The notes: generated by a model not told the origin, from the letters alone. A stretch of DNA of 64,000 nucleotides from a bacterium (GCA_965203325.1 OZ241875.1:640001-704000); one strand, 5' to 3'. Positions 9,995 through 20,640 are shown, numbered from the stretch's first letter. Made by a program: numbers and translations.

Positions 9995-10439
9995 TTCGAA
10001 CTACTTCGCCTACGGGGCGAACCTGCACCTCGCGCAAATGAAATCTCTCTGCCCCAGGAGCGCGCCCGTATGTCCCGCGCGCCTGGTGGACTACCGCCTC
10101 ACCATCGCCCTGCCCGCCGCGTCATCCGGCAACCAGCCCGGCTGGGCGACCGTGACGCCCGAAGCGGGCGCGCAGGTACCGGGCGCGTTGTTTCGCCTCC
10201 ACGAAGACGACCTGCCCGCGCTGGATCATTTCGAGGACTACCCGGCGCTCTACGACCGGAAGGATGTGGAGATCGTCACGGCGGAAGGCCCGCTCCGGGC
10301 CATGATCTACATCATGCGGCATCCGCTGAAACCTGCGCGCCCGGCGGCGCACTACGTCGAGACGCTCCGGCAGGGATACCGCGACTTCGATTTACCGATG
10401 GAGGTTCTGGAGGGCGTTCTGGGGGAGACTGATTCTTGA
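9963..10439 (+). CDS. Gamma-glutamylcyclotransferase family protein (start uncertain)
   Basis: YFAYGANL, LDHFE..P.LY. Confidence 0.85.
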   Translation: MRRTTTSATPDSNYFAYGANLHLAQMKSLCPRSAPVCPARLVDYRLTIALPAASSGNQPGWATVTPEAGAQVPGALFRLHEDDLPALDHFEDYPALYDRKDVEIVTAEGPLRAMIYIMRHPLKPARPAAHYVETLRQGYRDFDLPMEVLEGVLGETDS

Positions 10440-10468
10440 TTATCGAGTAGAAGGCTTGTTGCCTGACG

Positions 10469-10897
10469 TCAGTCGGCGGTTCGCTCGAGCAGACGGCGCA
10501 AGGCCAGCATCGCCGTCTCGCTTTGCTTCATGGTCATTTCACTCTGCTTCATTGTCATTTCGCTCTGCTTGAGCAGCACTTCCGTTCGTTTCGAAGTATC
10601 TTCCTGCAACTTGATCAGCACTTCCGTCTGCTTCATGGATTCTTCCTGCAATCCAATCAGCGCGTCCGTGCGTTTCATGGATTCTTCGTGCTGCTTGCTA
10701 AAGGCGTCAGCCATGACCTCGATCTGCTTCATCATGGCGTCGATCTGCCTGTCCGTCTGTTGCGCGCGCCTTTCTGAGGCATCGCTCATCCGCTTGATGC
10801 CGTAAAAGAACAAGCCCGATTGCACCATGCCCACGAACAGGGCCACGCCGGCCTGAACCCATCCCACGAGCAAGGTCGCCTGCTGGAATTCCGTCAT
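10469..10897 (-). CDS. Hypothetical single-TM protein with heptad-repeat coiled coil
   Basis: MTEFQQATL start with RBS; TM segment, then (K/Q)x E(E/T)SMK-type heptads; paralog of 13057..13494. Confidence 0.7.
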   Translation of the reverse strand: MTEFQQATLLVGWVQAGVALFVGMVQSGLFFYGIKRMSDASERRAQQTDRQIDAMMKQIEVMADAFSKQHEESMKRTDALIGLQEESMKQTEVLIKLQEDTSKRTEVLLKQSEMTMKQSEMTMKQSETAMLALRRLLERTAD

Positions 10898-11074
10898 TTC
10901 CCACTCTCCCACGCCTGAGAATAAATCAACATACGAGACGCCATCAACTCGTCCCGTCTCGGGTGGGTCCTCATTTCTCGTGGAGGTCGTAAAGAAGCAT
11001 AGCATAAAACGAATAAATTACGAAATCAAAGTGCAAAAAATTTTCAGCCTGAAGATAAGTAGAATAAGCGCGTC

Positions 11075-11560
11075 CTAGAAATCGCCCTTCTCTTGTAAAT
11101 ACGGAATGAGGCCGCCCGCCTCGATCATCGCCCAGAGGCCGTCGGGGAACGGGGGGAAAGTAATCGTCTCATCGCCTACGCGGGCCTCGCCCTTCATCGG
11201 GTCGACCTCTATCTCATCGCCCGCTCTTATCGCGTCGGTATCGCACGCGATGACGGGAAGACCTGAGTTAATGGCGTTCCGGTAGAACATGTGCCCGAAG
11301 CTCCTGGCGAGCACGCAGCTCACGCCGAGTTCCCTGAGCACGACGGCGGCATCCTGCCGGCTGCTCACGAGGCCGAAGTTCTCCCCCGCCGCCACCACGT
11401 CGCCGGACTGCACGTTCTTCGAGAAACCGGGGTCCAGTTCCCTGAAGGCGTCGCGCTTGAGTTCTTCGAGCGTCGTGCCCGGCGGGCGGTATTTGACCGA
11501 CAGATGCACGTCGGTGCTGATGTCGTCCCCGAAACGGTGGACCTTGCCCCTCATCGCCAC
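11075..11560 (-). CDS. 3-isopropylmalate dehydratase-like small subunit (LeuD/HacB family)
   Basis: FGDDISTD, GENFG..SSR, ARSFG.MFYRNAINSG. Confidence 0.88.
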   Translation of the reverse strand: MAMRGKVHRFGDDISTDVHLSVKYRPPGTTLEELKRDAFRELDPGFSKNVQSGDVVAAGENFGLVSSRQDAAVVLRELGVSCVLARSFGHMFYRNAINSGLPVIACDTDAIRAGDEIEVDPMKGEARVGDETITFPPFPDGLWAMIEAGGLIPYLQEKGDF

Positions 11561-11582
11561 GATTTCATCTCCCTCATCATGC

Positions 11583-12839
11583 CTATAGAAATTCCCTGGG
11601 GTCGGTGATGCGGCCCGTCACCGCACTCGCCGCCACCGTGGCCGGGGAACCCAGATATATCTCGGCCTCCTTGCTGCCGAGCCGGCCGGGGAAGTTGCGG
11701 TTCGCGGAGGATATGGCGCGTTCGCCGTCGGCGAGGCAGCCGTTTCCCGTCATCGAGGCGCACGGCCCGCACGCGGCGGTGAGCACGGCGGCCCCCGCTT
11801 CGGCCAAGGCCCCGATGGCCCCGCTCGCGGCGGCGGCCTCGTAAATTCTCTTGCTCGTGGGCGCGACGTAGAAGCGAACGCCCGGCGCGATCTTCCTGCC
11901 GCGCACGATTCTCGCCGCGATTTCGATGTCCTCGAGCCTCCCGTTCGTGCACGTGCCCACGAACGCCTGCTGGACGGGCAGGCCCGCGTAGTCCTCTACC
12001 GGGTGCGCGTTCCCCGTGGCGGGCGGAGCGGCCACTACCGGAGTGAGAGCCGAAACATCGAGATGGATTCGCCTCGCGTATTCGGCGTCCGGGTCCGGCG
12101 ATACGGGCGTGTTGAACCGCGCCCCGTGCGCCCGCGCCCAGTCGAGCGCCTTATCGTCCACCTCCATGATCCCCGTCTTCGCCCCCATGTCGACCGACAT
12201 GTTCGCGACCGTAAAGCGTGCGTCCATCGAGAGATCGGCCAGCGCGTCACCGCCGTATTCCACCGCCATGTAGTTCGCGCCGTTCTCGCCCATCTCGCGC
12301 GCGAGGACGAGTTCCATGTCTTTCGAAAAAACGCCGTGGGCGAGCGCGCCGGTGAACTCCACGCGAACGCTCTCGGGCGTCTTGAACCAAAGCTTCCCGG
12401 TGGCGTAGGCGGAGGCGATTTCCACGCTCTCGACCGCCACGCCCATCGCGCCCAGCGCCCCGTAGGTGCATACGTGGCTGTCGCCCCCCACGGCGAGCGC
12501 GCCGGGGCCCACCCGGCCCTCCTCCGTCACGACGGTGTGGCAGACGCCCGCGCCGGGTTCAAAGACCTCGACGCCGTGCTCCTCACCGAAGATTCTCAGT
12601 TTCTTGTGATGGTTCGCCCAGAGGACGTCCTGCGCGGGCACGAAATGATCGATGACGAAATCGGTCTTCTTGGGGTCCATCCGGAACTCGAAGCCTGCGT
12701 CCCTGAAGATGTCGACCGCTTTGGGTCCCTTGGCGTCGCCCGCCATGACGTAGTCGAGTTCCGCGATTACCAGGTCGCCGGCCCTGGCCTCGCTATCTGA
12801 GTGCGCGGAGAGGATTTTCTCCGCCATCGTCTGCCCCAC
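11583..12839 (-). CDS. 3-isopropylmalate dehydratase/aconitase-like large subunit (LeuC/HacA family)
   Basis: DHFVP, GDSHVC.YGA, GTCTNGR, CGPC, NRNFPGR; GTG start after AAGGAG. Confidence 0.9.
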   Translation of the reverse strand: MGQTMAEKILSAHSDSEARAGDLVIAELDYVMAGDAKGPKAVDIFRDAGFEFRMDPKKTDFVIDHFVPAQDVLWANHHKKLRIFGEEHGVEVFEPGAGVCHTVVTEEGRVGPGALAVGGDSHVCTYGALGAMGVAVESVEIASAYATGKLWFKTPESVRVEFTGALAHGVFSKDMELVLAREMGENGANYMAVEYGGDALADLSMDARFTVANMSVDMGAKTGIMEVDDKALDWARAHGARFNTPVSPDPDAEYARRIHLDVSALTPVVAAPPATGNAHPVEDYAGLPVQQAFVGTCTNGRLEDIEIAARIVRGRKIAPGVRFYVAPTSKRIYEAAAASGAIGALAEAGAAVLTAACGPCASMTGNGCLADGERAISSANRNFPGRLGSKEAEIYLGSPATVAASAVTGRITDPREFL

Positions 12840-13056
12840 GGTGTTCTCCTTGCTGAATCTTTCATATCGGGAACGCAAAGCCTTTGTATACACCAAAAAC
12901 CGGGCGCGCGGAATTGTGAGGAGGCGTGCGCCTCGCGGTGGATTTAGAGGAACAAGGCGACGAGGAGCCGAACGCACCTTCGTTTTGACTTATCCCCCTC
13001 TCTGGGCGAAACTGGCCGGACTGGCTGCTCCACGAGGACAGACAGGAGAGAACCGA

Positions 13057-13494
13057 ATGACGGAATACGAAGCCGCAAACCTCACCGTGCAGCAAGCCGC
13101 CCTTGCGCTGCAAAAAGACACGCTCGCACTGCAGCAGGCCACTCTAGCCCTTCAACAAGCATCGCTCGCCGTGCAGCGAGCTTCCGTATGGGTCGCCGCC
13201 CTCGTCGGGGCCGCGCAGTGCAGCCTCATCGGAGTCGGGCTCTACATCATGCGACAGGCCTCGAAGCAACGCGACGCCCAGCACCGGGAAAACATGGCGC
13301 AGCATCGGGAAACCATGGCGGCGATTAACGCCCAGCGAGAGGCGCAAAAAGAACAACACCAGGAAACCATGGCGGCGCATCAAGAAACCATGAAGGTGCT
13401 GGAAGGCCAGAACAAGGCCCTGGACAATCAACAAACGGCGATGATGGAACTCATCCGCCGCACCTCGGGGGCACCCGCTCAAGAGGACGGCTGA
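13057..13494 (+). CDS. Hypothetical single-TM protein with heptad-repeat coiled coil
   Basis: ATG after AGGAG; LALQQAT heptads, TM segment, QHRETMA repeats; terminator follows. Confidence 0.72.
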   Translation: MTEYEAANLTVQQAALALQKDTLALQQATLALQQASLAVQRASVWVAALVGAAQCSLIGVGLYIMRQASKQRDAQHRENMAQHRETMAAINAQREAQKEQHQETMAAHQETMKVLEGQNKALDNQQTAMMELIRRTSGAPAQEDG

Positions 13495-13527
13495 GGGGGC
13501 GGGGGCTTCGCCTCCCCTTCTCTTTTT
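13493..13527 (+). terminator. Probable intrinsic terminator
   Basis: G-rich/C-rich hairpin followed by TCTTTTT between convergent genes. Confidence 0.55.
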
Positions 13528-13572
13528 CCTCCTTGACCTCACTTGGAGCAGCGCATTTGCGAGTTTTACCCC

Positions 13573-14121
13573 TCACTCGCCGGGGCGGTGGCACGCTAGG
13601 GCGCGGGAGAGGATGTCGCGCGCGGGCTGCGAGCCGTCGAGCGGGCGCAGCTTCCGGCTCTTAATCTTCCAGCCCTCCGGCGTGCGCACGAGCTCCCAGC
13701 GGTTGGCGAGGACGCGGTGGATGCGGTAGCCGGTCGAGACGCCGTGGTTGGGGAGTTCGCGCTCGGCGCCCTGGTGGTCCGGGTGGATGAGTTGCAAATA
13801 GGAGGTGACGAAGGCCGAATCGCCGTCGAGCTCGACGTGCGGCAGCCCGGCGAAGTGGGCGAGGCCGCCGTGGATGGCCTCTTGATGCGCGGACCTTTGG
13901 GTGATGGCGGCGATGGCCTCGTTTCCGAGCGTGTAGTCTAAGCTCTCGCCCCGGTCGAAGACGCCGTCTTCGGTGAAGACGGCGCGGGTGTAATAATCCG
14001 CGCCCGTGTCGGCGCTCGGCGGGTGCGAAGCGATCAAGTTGTAGATTTCGAGCCTGTCCTCGATATCGCGCAGCCGCGCCTCGAGCGACACAGGCCCCGG
14101 CGTCCTTTCGGTTTCCGTCAT
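13573..14121 (-). CDS. SnoaL/NTF2-like domain protein
   Basis: RL..IEDR..I..L, FTEDGVF, WKIKSR. Confidence 0.82.
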   Translation of the reverse strand: MTETERTPGPVSLEARLRDIEDRLEIYNLIASHPPSADTGADYYTRAVFTEDGVFDRGESLDYTLGNEAIAAITQRSAHQEAIHGGLAHFAGLPHVELDGDSAFVTSYLQLIHPDHQGAERELPNHGVSTGYRIHRVLANRWELVRTPEGWKIKSRKLRPLDGSQPARDILSRALACHRPGE

Positions 14122-14538
14122 GTCGGCTTCTCCTCGGAGGTGGGATGAGAAATGGGAATATCTCACATCCGGGGGCGTGGTTCCTATCGCTTCGGTCGAG
14201 TTTCATCATGTTAGAATCACCCCCCCTTGAGGGGAGTGATTTCCATCCTTTCTCGGTCTGCAAAGCCTTTTTCCTCAATCGCAATAAATCCTCTCTCCTC
14301 ACTCGGGATCGACACTTAACGCATTTATCCGTATTTGAGTCTATGGCGCGTGGGACGAGATTCGCCGTCCGGGACGGGCCGCTTCCCGATGCTTGCGGGC
14401 GGAGGCGTTTTCGGGAGAGCATCGGGATGGGAGCAGAAAGAAGGACGATGAGGCGAAGCGGGGATGATTGCAGGACTTCGAACAGGGCTTCCCGGGCGAA
14501 GTTCGCAGGCGCAAAGATCCCGCCCGGAATTTCCGAAA

Positions 14539-14581
14539 AATTCGATAAAATCAGATAAATTCACGGGGTTATTCGATAAAT
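14539..14581 (+). repeat. Dispersed 43-bp AT-rich repeat, copy 1
   Basis: AATTCGATAAAATCAGATAAATTCACGGGGTTATTCGATAAAT, identical to 33938-33980. Confidence 0.9.
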
Positions 14582-14881
14582 CAAGTTGATTGGATATTCC
14601 AGGCCGTTCTCATCGGCGATGGAATCCGTATAACTTATTGATATCATGTCGAATATATGGCTCGTCCATGCCTGCCGGAATTCGCCTTCCTCAACCCGTA
14701 ATCAAGCCGAAAGCGGATTCGTTTAAACTCCCGCGCACCCCAGCGAGCGCGCGTCGGTATCAACGTTCGTCCCTACGACACGGTTGTGTAAAATTGGTTC
14801 CCGTTCGATCCTTATACCGAAAAACATACCAAAAACGTATGGTTTCGCAGGAACGATTTTTTGGGATGAACGCAATGCTGC

Positions 14882-16057
14882 TCAAGGCTTTTTCGAGGAA
14901 GAATAGCGTCTCAGTTCTTCCGCGACTTCCGGGTAGGTGAACCACTCGGGGATTTCTTCGCCCTTTTCCATCATTTTGCGAAGCCTCGTGCCGGATATCC
15001 TGAGGATTCGGGTGTTTTCGGGGATCCGGTCCACCGGCAGGTAGCGTCCCTCATCCGGGGCGTAGACCATCTCCTGAAACGGGACCATCGCGATCCCGCA
15101 TTCGGCCTGGTGGTTTTTCAGTAGATCCTGGGCGGCGTACGGGTCGTAGAAAGGCTCACCCCGGCCGTCGACGCCGGGGCCGGCGTGATCCCTGCCCACG
15201 ATGAAGTGGGTGCAGCCGTAGTTTTTTCTTATGAGCGCGTGCCAGAGCGCCTCTCTGGGGCCGGCCATCCGCATCGCCAGGGGCAGCAGCGCCAGGGTGA
15301 CGGAACCGGACGCGTAATGCTTGAGAACATGCTCGTAGCAGCGCACCCGGCATATATGGTCGATGTCTCCCGGCTTCGTCATCCCTGCCACCGGGTGGAT
15401 GAGTATGTTGGCTCCATTCTCGGAAGCGGCGCTCTTCGTCAGCTCGACGTGCGCCCTGTGCAGCGGGTTGCGCGTCTGAAAGGCGACGACCCGCTTCCAT
15501 CCCATCGCCCGGAATTTCTCCCGCAATTCTCCCGGCGTGCGGCGATATTGCGGGAAATCGGCGTGCCGGGGCAGGCGGATTCCGCGCAGGCGGCCGCCGA
15601 GGTAGAAGGGGCCGGTTTCCTGGAAAAGGTATCGAACCCCCGGATGCGTTTGGTCGAGGGTGTCGAAGACGCTTAATGCCTCTCGTTCGGGGTCGGCCCG
15701 CCATACGTCTTCGGCCTCCAAAATCGCCAGCGGCGTCCCGTCGCCGTCCCGCAGGGCGAGCCGGGGGCGCTTCTCAATCCTGTTCGCCTCTTTCTCGGGA
15801 ACGTCCAAGGCGATGGGGATGGGCCACAACGCCCCGTTTTGAAGGCGCATGGATTCGAGAACGCACTCGTAGTCTTTGCGGCTTGAATATCCTTGTAGCG
15901 GCGCGAAACCGCCGTTCAAGAGCAGTTCGAGATCGCATAGCCGGCGGGCGTCGAGGGAGATGTGAGGCAGATCGGCAGCCTCGCGTTCCAAAGCCGCTCT
16001 TTCCTCCTCGGGGACGAGGAGACGGGGATGCTCCAGCGGGTCGTTTTGCGGGGACAA
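14882..16057 (-). CDS. sat: Sulfate adenylyltransferase (ATP sulfurylase), no APS-kinase domain
   Basis: AFQTRNPLHRAH, MRMAGPREA, GRDHAG, ISGT; TTG start after GGGAG. Confidence 0.93.
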   Translation of the reverse strand: MSPQNDPLEHPRLLVPEEERAALEREAADLPHISLDARRLCDLELLLNGGFAPLQGYSSRKDYECVLESMRLQNGALWPIPIALDVPEKEANRIEKRPRLALRDGDGTPLAILEAEDVWRADPEREALSVFDTLDQTHPGVRYLFQETGPFYLGGRLRGIRLPRHADFPQYRRTPGELREKFRAMGWKRVVAFQTRNPLHRAHVELTKSAASENGANILIHPVAGMTKPGDIDHICRVRCYEHVLKHYASGSVTLALLPLAMRMAGPREALWHALIRKNYGCTHFIVGRDHAGPGVDGRGEPFYDPYAAQDLLKNHQAECGIAMVPFQEMVYAPDEGRYLPVDRIPENTRILRISGTRLRKMMEKGEEIPEWFTYPEVAEELRRYSSSKKP

Positions 16058-16071
16058 ACCGGACGCTCCCT

Positions 16072-17085
16072 TTAATGGAAACCCAAAAGGAGGGAATCCC
16101 GGTCCTCTGGCGCCCATACGCCCCGCTCAAGCCTTTCTCTTCTTCTTCCGTCATGCCAGCGCTTGTACTCAATGGACGCGATGTTGGTGATGGTGTCGTT
16201 CTCCATCAGTTGGCGCTTCTCGCGGGAGGATAGGTTGTCCGGCGCGCCCGTGAGCGCGTAGCCGAATTCGCCCAGCGTCTCGCCGATGAGGCTTTCGATG
16301 ACCCCCACGTCCGACTCCGGTAGGCGATGCTTGTACATTTCGACGAAATCCGTCGTGATGGGGCGGGCCGTCTTAGCGTGGATGGGCGTTTCGGCCCACT
16401 TTTTCGTCGATGCGGTTTCCTGGTGGGCGAGCATGGCGGGCGAGAATTCTTCGCCCAGGAATTCACACAGTTTCTCCAGAACGGGTTCCGGTTCGGCGCA
16501 GAGATCCTCATATCTCACGACGTAAAAAGACTCGGGATCCAGCGTTTCCGCCGATTCGTTCACGCTCTCGACGAAGTCGCGCCACACGGCGGCGGTCGCG
16601 TAGAGGTTGTTCGGCCACAGTGCGGAATCCGCGATGTCGATGGCGACGTCCCGGCCGTCCCGGATGATGTGAACGAACTGCGCGCCGGGATACATGGATT
16701 TGAGATCCTCCATGTAGAAGCAGACGCGCGGCGTCTTCTCTCCCCAACGCTCTTTTCCGTGCGATTGCGCATACAGCCGGTGCAGGGCGGCGTACATCTC
16801 GGCAAAGCTGGGTTCTTTCATTTCAGCGCGCACTTCCTGAGCGCTCGGCGAGATCGGCCACGCGCGGATCGTCGGTGTGGCGAGGGAGTCCTCGATCATT
16901 TCGGCGAGATTGGCCTCGTTCGACAAGTCGCCGTAGCTGTAGAGATAGGAATAGATGAAATGCGTGAGCCATGCGGGCGGGGGCACCGCCAGGCGCGGGT
17001 GCGCGTCCAGGATCAATCTCAGAAGCGTGGAGCCTGAACGGGGCGAGCTGACGACGAATACGGGGCGTTCGATGTTCTCGGTCAT
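16072..17085 (-). CDS. Sulfotransferase family protein
   Basis: 5'-PSB PRSGSTLL, WGEKTP, IIRDGRDV, RYEDL. Confidence 0.9.
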   Translation of the reverse strand: MTENIERPVFVVSSPRSGSTLLRLILDAHPRLAVPPPAWLTHFIYSYLYSYGDLSNEANLAEMIEDSLATPTIRAWPISPSAQEVRAEMKEPSFAEMYAALHRLYAQSHGKERWGEKTPRVCFYMEDLKSMYPGAQFVHIIRDGRDVAIDIADSALWPNNLYATAAVWRDFVESVNESAETLDPESFYVVRYEDLCAEPEPVLEKLCEFLGEEFSPAMLAHQETASTKKWAETPIHAKTARPITTDFVEMYKHRLPESDVGVIESLIGETLGEFGYALTGAPDNLSSREKRQLMENDTITNIASIEYKRWHDGRRRERLERGVWAPEDRDSLLLGFH

Positions 17086-17166
17086 GAAAATCTTCCTCTC
17101 AGGACGGCCCCGGCGCGTTCGCGCCTCTTTCCGGGGTGTGGTTGGAACGGGTTCATTCCATCATCT

Positions 17167-18045
17167 TCATGCGGGGAAACACATCGTCTCCCAGGGGAAT
17201 CGGTCGGGATTTCCCCGCGTGAAGTGCATGGTTTTCTCAATCAGGTCGAAGATGACCGCGGTGCGCGTCGAGCATGGCTGCGCGCTGTTCGTCCGCGCTC
17301 CCGGCGCGCGCAGGTCTACCGCGCAGATCGAACCCACGCCCCCGTCCCCTCCGGGGCCTTTCCAGGCGAGCGTTCTTTTCAGGCTGTCGAGCGCTTCCGC
17401 CTTGCTCATTCCCTGCGGCACGGACTCATGGAGCCTCGCCAAGGCGTTCTGCATGTAATCGCAGCGCGTCTCCCTGTCCTCGCGCACGTGTTCGGGCAGC
17501 CGGGCCTGCTCGTCCAGCAGGATGAGGCGACCGTTGTTCCCGCGCGCGGAGAATCCTTCCGGATAGACGCGGGATTCGATTCTGTCCTCACAGTGCTCCA
17601 GTACGGCGACCTTGCCCGTGGCGTCCGCCAGAAGAAAATTTCCGCCCCGCTGCCCGGTACCTGCTCCCGTGTGTTTGGGGATAACGTCGTGCAGGTAGGG
17701 GAGCGTCTCATCGACAGTCTCGTAGATTTCCAGAAGGCTTGCCGCGATGGCGCTGCGGCGATCGACGTCGAGCGGGAAGTCTTTTTGTTCTTTCACGGGT
17801 TCGTCTTTTTCCTCGAAAGGCCCCCGGTAGTCCAAAAATGAGCGGATGACGGCCAGGCCCTTTTCGTTCATGCCGGAGTTCACGCCGGGCCGCGAGGCCG
17901 TGTTGAAGCCCATGAAGTCGTTGCCTGCTCCTCCGGTGATGCAGCCGTGCCAGTGGCCGACCTGCATGTAGTCCGAATTCTTGAGCGCAAAGGCGACGGG
18001 ATTTCCCTTGGAATCTGCCGTCGCGACGGCGCCTATGGTGCACAT
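17167..18045 (-). CDS. Ntn-hydrolase (C45/choloylglycine hydrolase-like), N-terminal Cys nucleophile
   Basis: M-C-T start after GAGGAG, KNSD, GMNEKGL, NFLLADA.G. Confidence 0.75.
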   Translation of the reverse strand: MCTIGAVATADSKGNPVAFALKNSDYMQVGHWHGCITGGAGNDFMGFNTASRPGVNSGMNEKGLAVIRSFLDYRGPFEEKDEPVKEQKDFPLDVDRRSAIAASLLEIYETVDETLPYLHDVIPKHTGAGTGQRGGNFLLADATGKVAVLEHCEDRIESRVYPEGFSARGNNGRLILLDEQARLPEHVREDRETRCDYMQNALARLHESVPQGMSKAEALDSLKRTLAWKGPGGDGGVGSICAVDLRAPGARTNSAQPCSTRTAVIFDLIEKTMHFTRGNPDRFPWETMCFPA

Positions 18046-18091
18046 TTCGCTCTCCTCACAAGAAACATACTTGAGCAAGCCTCATCTATAG

Positions 18092-20287
18092 TTACGCAAG
18101 GTTCACCCATACGGGACTGCTCCAGGCTTTTTCCTGGTCGACCTGGATCACCCGGACCCAATAGGTGTTGAGGCCCGAGGGCGCATCGTCGTCGATGTAT
18201 TCGAAACGCGCCTCCCAGGGGCCGTCCGTCGAAGGTGTTCTTCCGACTTCAATCCGCTGGCCGAGCCTTCCGGCGTCCGCCATGGCTGGGTTTTCCAGAA
18301 AATCCCGGATTTCTCCTTTAAGCTCCGCGTGTTCCGTGCTGATCTCCATCTCGCCCGCATCGCCGTCCAGTTCGAGGTTGAACCCCCGGGAATCTCCCGC
18401 TGTGTAGAGACTCCAGGAGACCCCGGATTCCGCGCCCGGGTCGAGCCGGTCGCGGTTTTCGACGAGCGCGACGGGTTCCGCCGCCAGGATTCGCGCTTCG
18501 CTTAAAGATAGCTGCCCGTCCCACAGGGTGGAGCGCCCCCGTCCGCGCACCCTGGCGCCTGAGAACAGGACGCGAAGCCAATTGCCCGCCCGATCCTGTG
18601 CGATTTTCTCGGTATGAACCCGCGTCATCCCGCGAAACACCTCGATCCGCTCTATGGGGCCCGTGCCCACGGCTTCGACCGAGATACGGGGCGCTCCCGC
18701 CGTCTCGATCTCCTCTCCCATCCAACTATCGTTCACGGTGAAGCGCAGGTAAATCCGCTCGCCGCTCGTGGCGTAGCAGCGGCGCGCCTTGATGTCGGCC
18801 CAGATGGATTCCCGCGTCAGCTCACCGGCGTAGAGCGCCGTCAGGCCGTTGCGCGCGGCGAAGTGGCTCACGTCCTCGCTCGGGTAACAGGCGCCGGGCT
18901 GGCCGTAGTGGTCGTCGCTCCCGCCGACGAAGCCCACCTTCATGTTCCGCTCGATGGATTCCTCGAGCATCCACTCGAACATGCCGTGTTTGGAGTGGAT
19001 CTCGATGACGGGTTCGAGTTCGGGGTCGTGAAACGCGAGATTCGCCGGACGCCCGCCCACGTGCGGGAGGCTCAGCGCTCCCCCGCCTCGCAGCTGCGCA
19101 TGGAGCTTGGTGATGTGATCTCGATCGGTATCGGAGTCCGAGAGATCCGTCTGCAGCCAGTGGGAGCAGCGGTGGATAGAGTTCTCCTCATCGAAGAAGA
19201 ATATGGCGTGATCCCCGCCCATCGGCGTGGTACCCGACCACTCATAGCCCAGGAAGGGGACGAAGCGGCCCGGCTCGTGGAAGGCGCGGGTCTTTTCTTT
19301 CAGCTCCTCCATGTCCTCGTTCGTCACTTCGAAGCAGTTTCCCTGGTGGGTGGTGAACTCGAGCGCGCCCGCGTCCCGCGCGAAGCGGTAGAATTCCTCG
19401 AAGCTGTTGACGCCCACCGTGCCGGCGGTCTGGCCCCCGTGAAAATCCCCCCAGTAGAGACGGGGGCCCTCTATCCGCTCTCGCACCACGACTGGGTTCG
19501 TGAGCGCCTCGCGTCCCGCACTGTCTTTCACACGGATGCGCGCCACGCCCTCGCTCCCGAATGAAATCTCCTCCGTCCTTATCAGTGCGAGCCCATCTGC
19601 GTCGAAACGCAAATTATCGGGAAGGCCCAGGTTCGCGCCTTCGGCTTCGAGCGAAATTTCTTCTGCGCAGCCTTCCGCAATGTTGCCGTGTCTGTCTTCC
19701 GCTTTCACGAGCAGCCATCCCTTTTCGCCGACGGCGGCCTCGGAGGTCATGATGGCGACGAGGCGGCGCGCCTCTCCTCCCTTGATCCGGAGCGTCGGGG
19801 AACCCGGCAGGGGCTGAAAATTCCCCGCGCCGAATGGGTCGACGAAAATCTTGAACTCGAAATTGCTCTCGCTGAAGGTCTGCGCCTTGAGACCGGGGCT
19901 TCCCTGACTCGTATCGCCCAGGACGATCTCGATGCTGTCGCCTTCCCAGAGACACCCGTCCAGAACGTCGATGGTAAGCGCCTGGCGCCAGTGGCGGATG
20001 TAGCCTCGCCTCTCGAACCTGGGTGCGAGCACCGCTTCGGAATCGGAATGGAGCCGGACCGTGGTGTAGTTCTCCCCCTTGGGGTCATCGAACTGCGGCG
20101 CGCCCCAGTTGCTCACCTGCCGGAAGGCGACCTTGATGGAGCCGCGCTCATCAATGCCCCAGCGGCCCACCGTGTAGCGGATCCGCCATGTGCCGAACTC
20201 GCCGGCCACCGCATCGGCGGCGGGGTCGACCTCGGCGAAGCCCAACTCATCCGTCCAGTCCTGTATCGTCCAATCCGGGAGACGCAC
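18092..20287 (-). CDS. DUF3604-like PHP-fold metallohydrolase
   Basis: YWGDFHG, GYEWSG, PHVGG, GGSDDH, CYATSG, AWSSPVW; GTG start downstream of the MITE. Confidence 0.8.
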   Translation of the reverse strand: MRLPDWTIQDWTDELGFAEVDPAADAVAGEFGTWRIRYTVGRWGIDERGSIKVAFRQVSNWGAPQFDDPKGENYTTVRLHSDSEAVLAPRFERRGYIRHWRQALTIDVLDGCLWEGDSIEIVLGDTSQGSPGLKAQTFSESNFEFKIFVDPFGAGNFQPLPGSPTLRIKGGEARRLVAIMTSEAAVGEKGWLLVKAEDRHGNIAEGCAEEISLEAEGANLGLPDNLRFDADGLALIRTEEISFGSEGVARIRVKDSAGREALTNPVVVRERIEGPRLYWGDFHGGQTAGTVGVNSFEEFYRFARDAGALEFTTHQGNCFEVTNEDMEELKEKTRAFHEPGRFVPFLGYEWSGTTPMGGDHAIFFFDEENSIHRCSHWLQTDLSDSDTDRDHITKLHAQLRGGGALSLPHVGGRPANLAFHDPELEPVIEIHSKHGMFEWMLEESIERNMKVGFVGGSDDHYGQPGACYPSEDVSHFAARNGLTALYAGELTRESIWADIKARRCYATSGERIYLRFTVNDSWMGEEIETAGAPRISVEAVGTGPIERIEVFRGMTRVHTEKIAQDRAGNWLRVLFSGARVRGRGRSTLWDGQLSLSEARILAAEPVALVENRDRLDPGAESGVSWSLYTAGDSRGFNLELDGDAGEMEISTEHAELKGEIRDFLENPAMADAGRLGQRIEVGRTPSTDGPWEARFEYIDDDAPSGLNTYWVRVIQVDQEKAWSSPVWVNLA

Positions 20288-20308
20288 GTTTCCTTTCCTT
20301 TCCTTTCT

Positions 20309-20640
20309 GGGGTTGTTGAAAAAGTTCCCCTCCTCAGGGGATAAAGGCACCCCCCCTACCCCCCCTTGTCAGGGAGGCAAGAAAAAACAAAAGCCCCTCT
20401 ACCGGCGGCGGACGTCGCCTTTTCATACCCCCCTGTCAAGGGGGGGGTAGGGGGGGTTGCTTTTCCAGGGGCGGCCCCCCGTGGCCGCCCTTATCGAAGA
20501 TGTCTATTCCCGTGGTTGTCCTTCGTCAGGACAGGCACGGGGGCCTCGGACAGGCGCAGGGGCCTGCCCTGCTACGGTGAACAATCCGATGATCGGGATT
20601 CCCTCCCCCCCCCCTCTCAAGGGGCTTTTTCAACAACCCC
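20309..20640. mobile_element. Non-autonomous MITE-like element with perfect 16-bp TIRs and internal palindromes
   Basis: GGGGTTGTTGAAAAAG (20309-20324) / CTTTTTCAACAACCCC (20625-20640); no transposase. Confidence 0.75.

Noticed and set aside
11075..12839. Calling these genes leucine-biosynthetic leuC/leuD
   Set aside because: No leuA/leuB nearby and motifs are variant; the substrate cannot be assigned from sequence
20288..20350. N-terminal extension of the DUF3604 ORF
   Set aside because: Derived from the MITE terminal repeat
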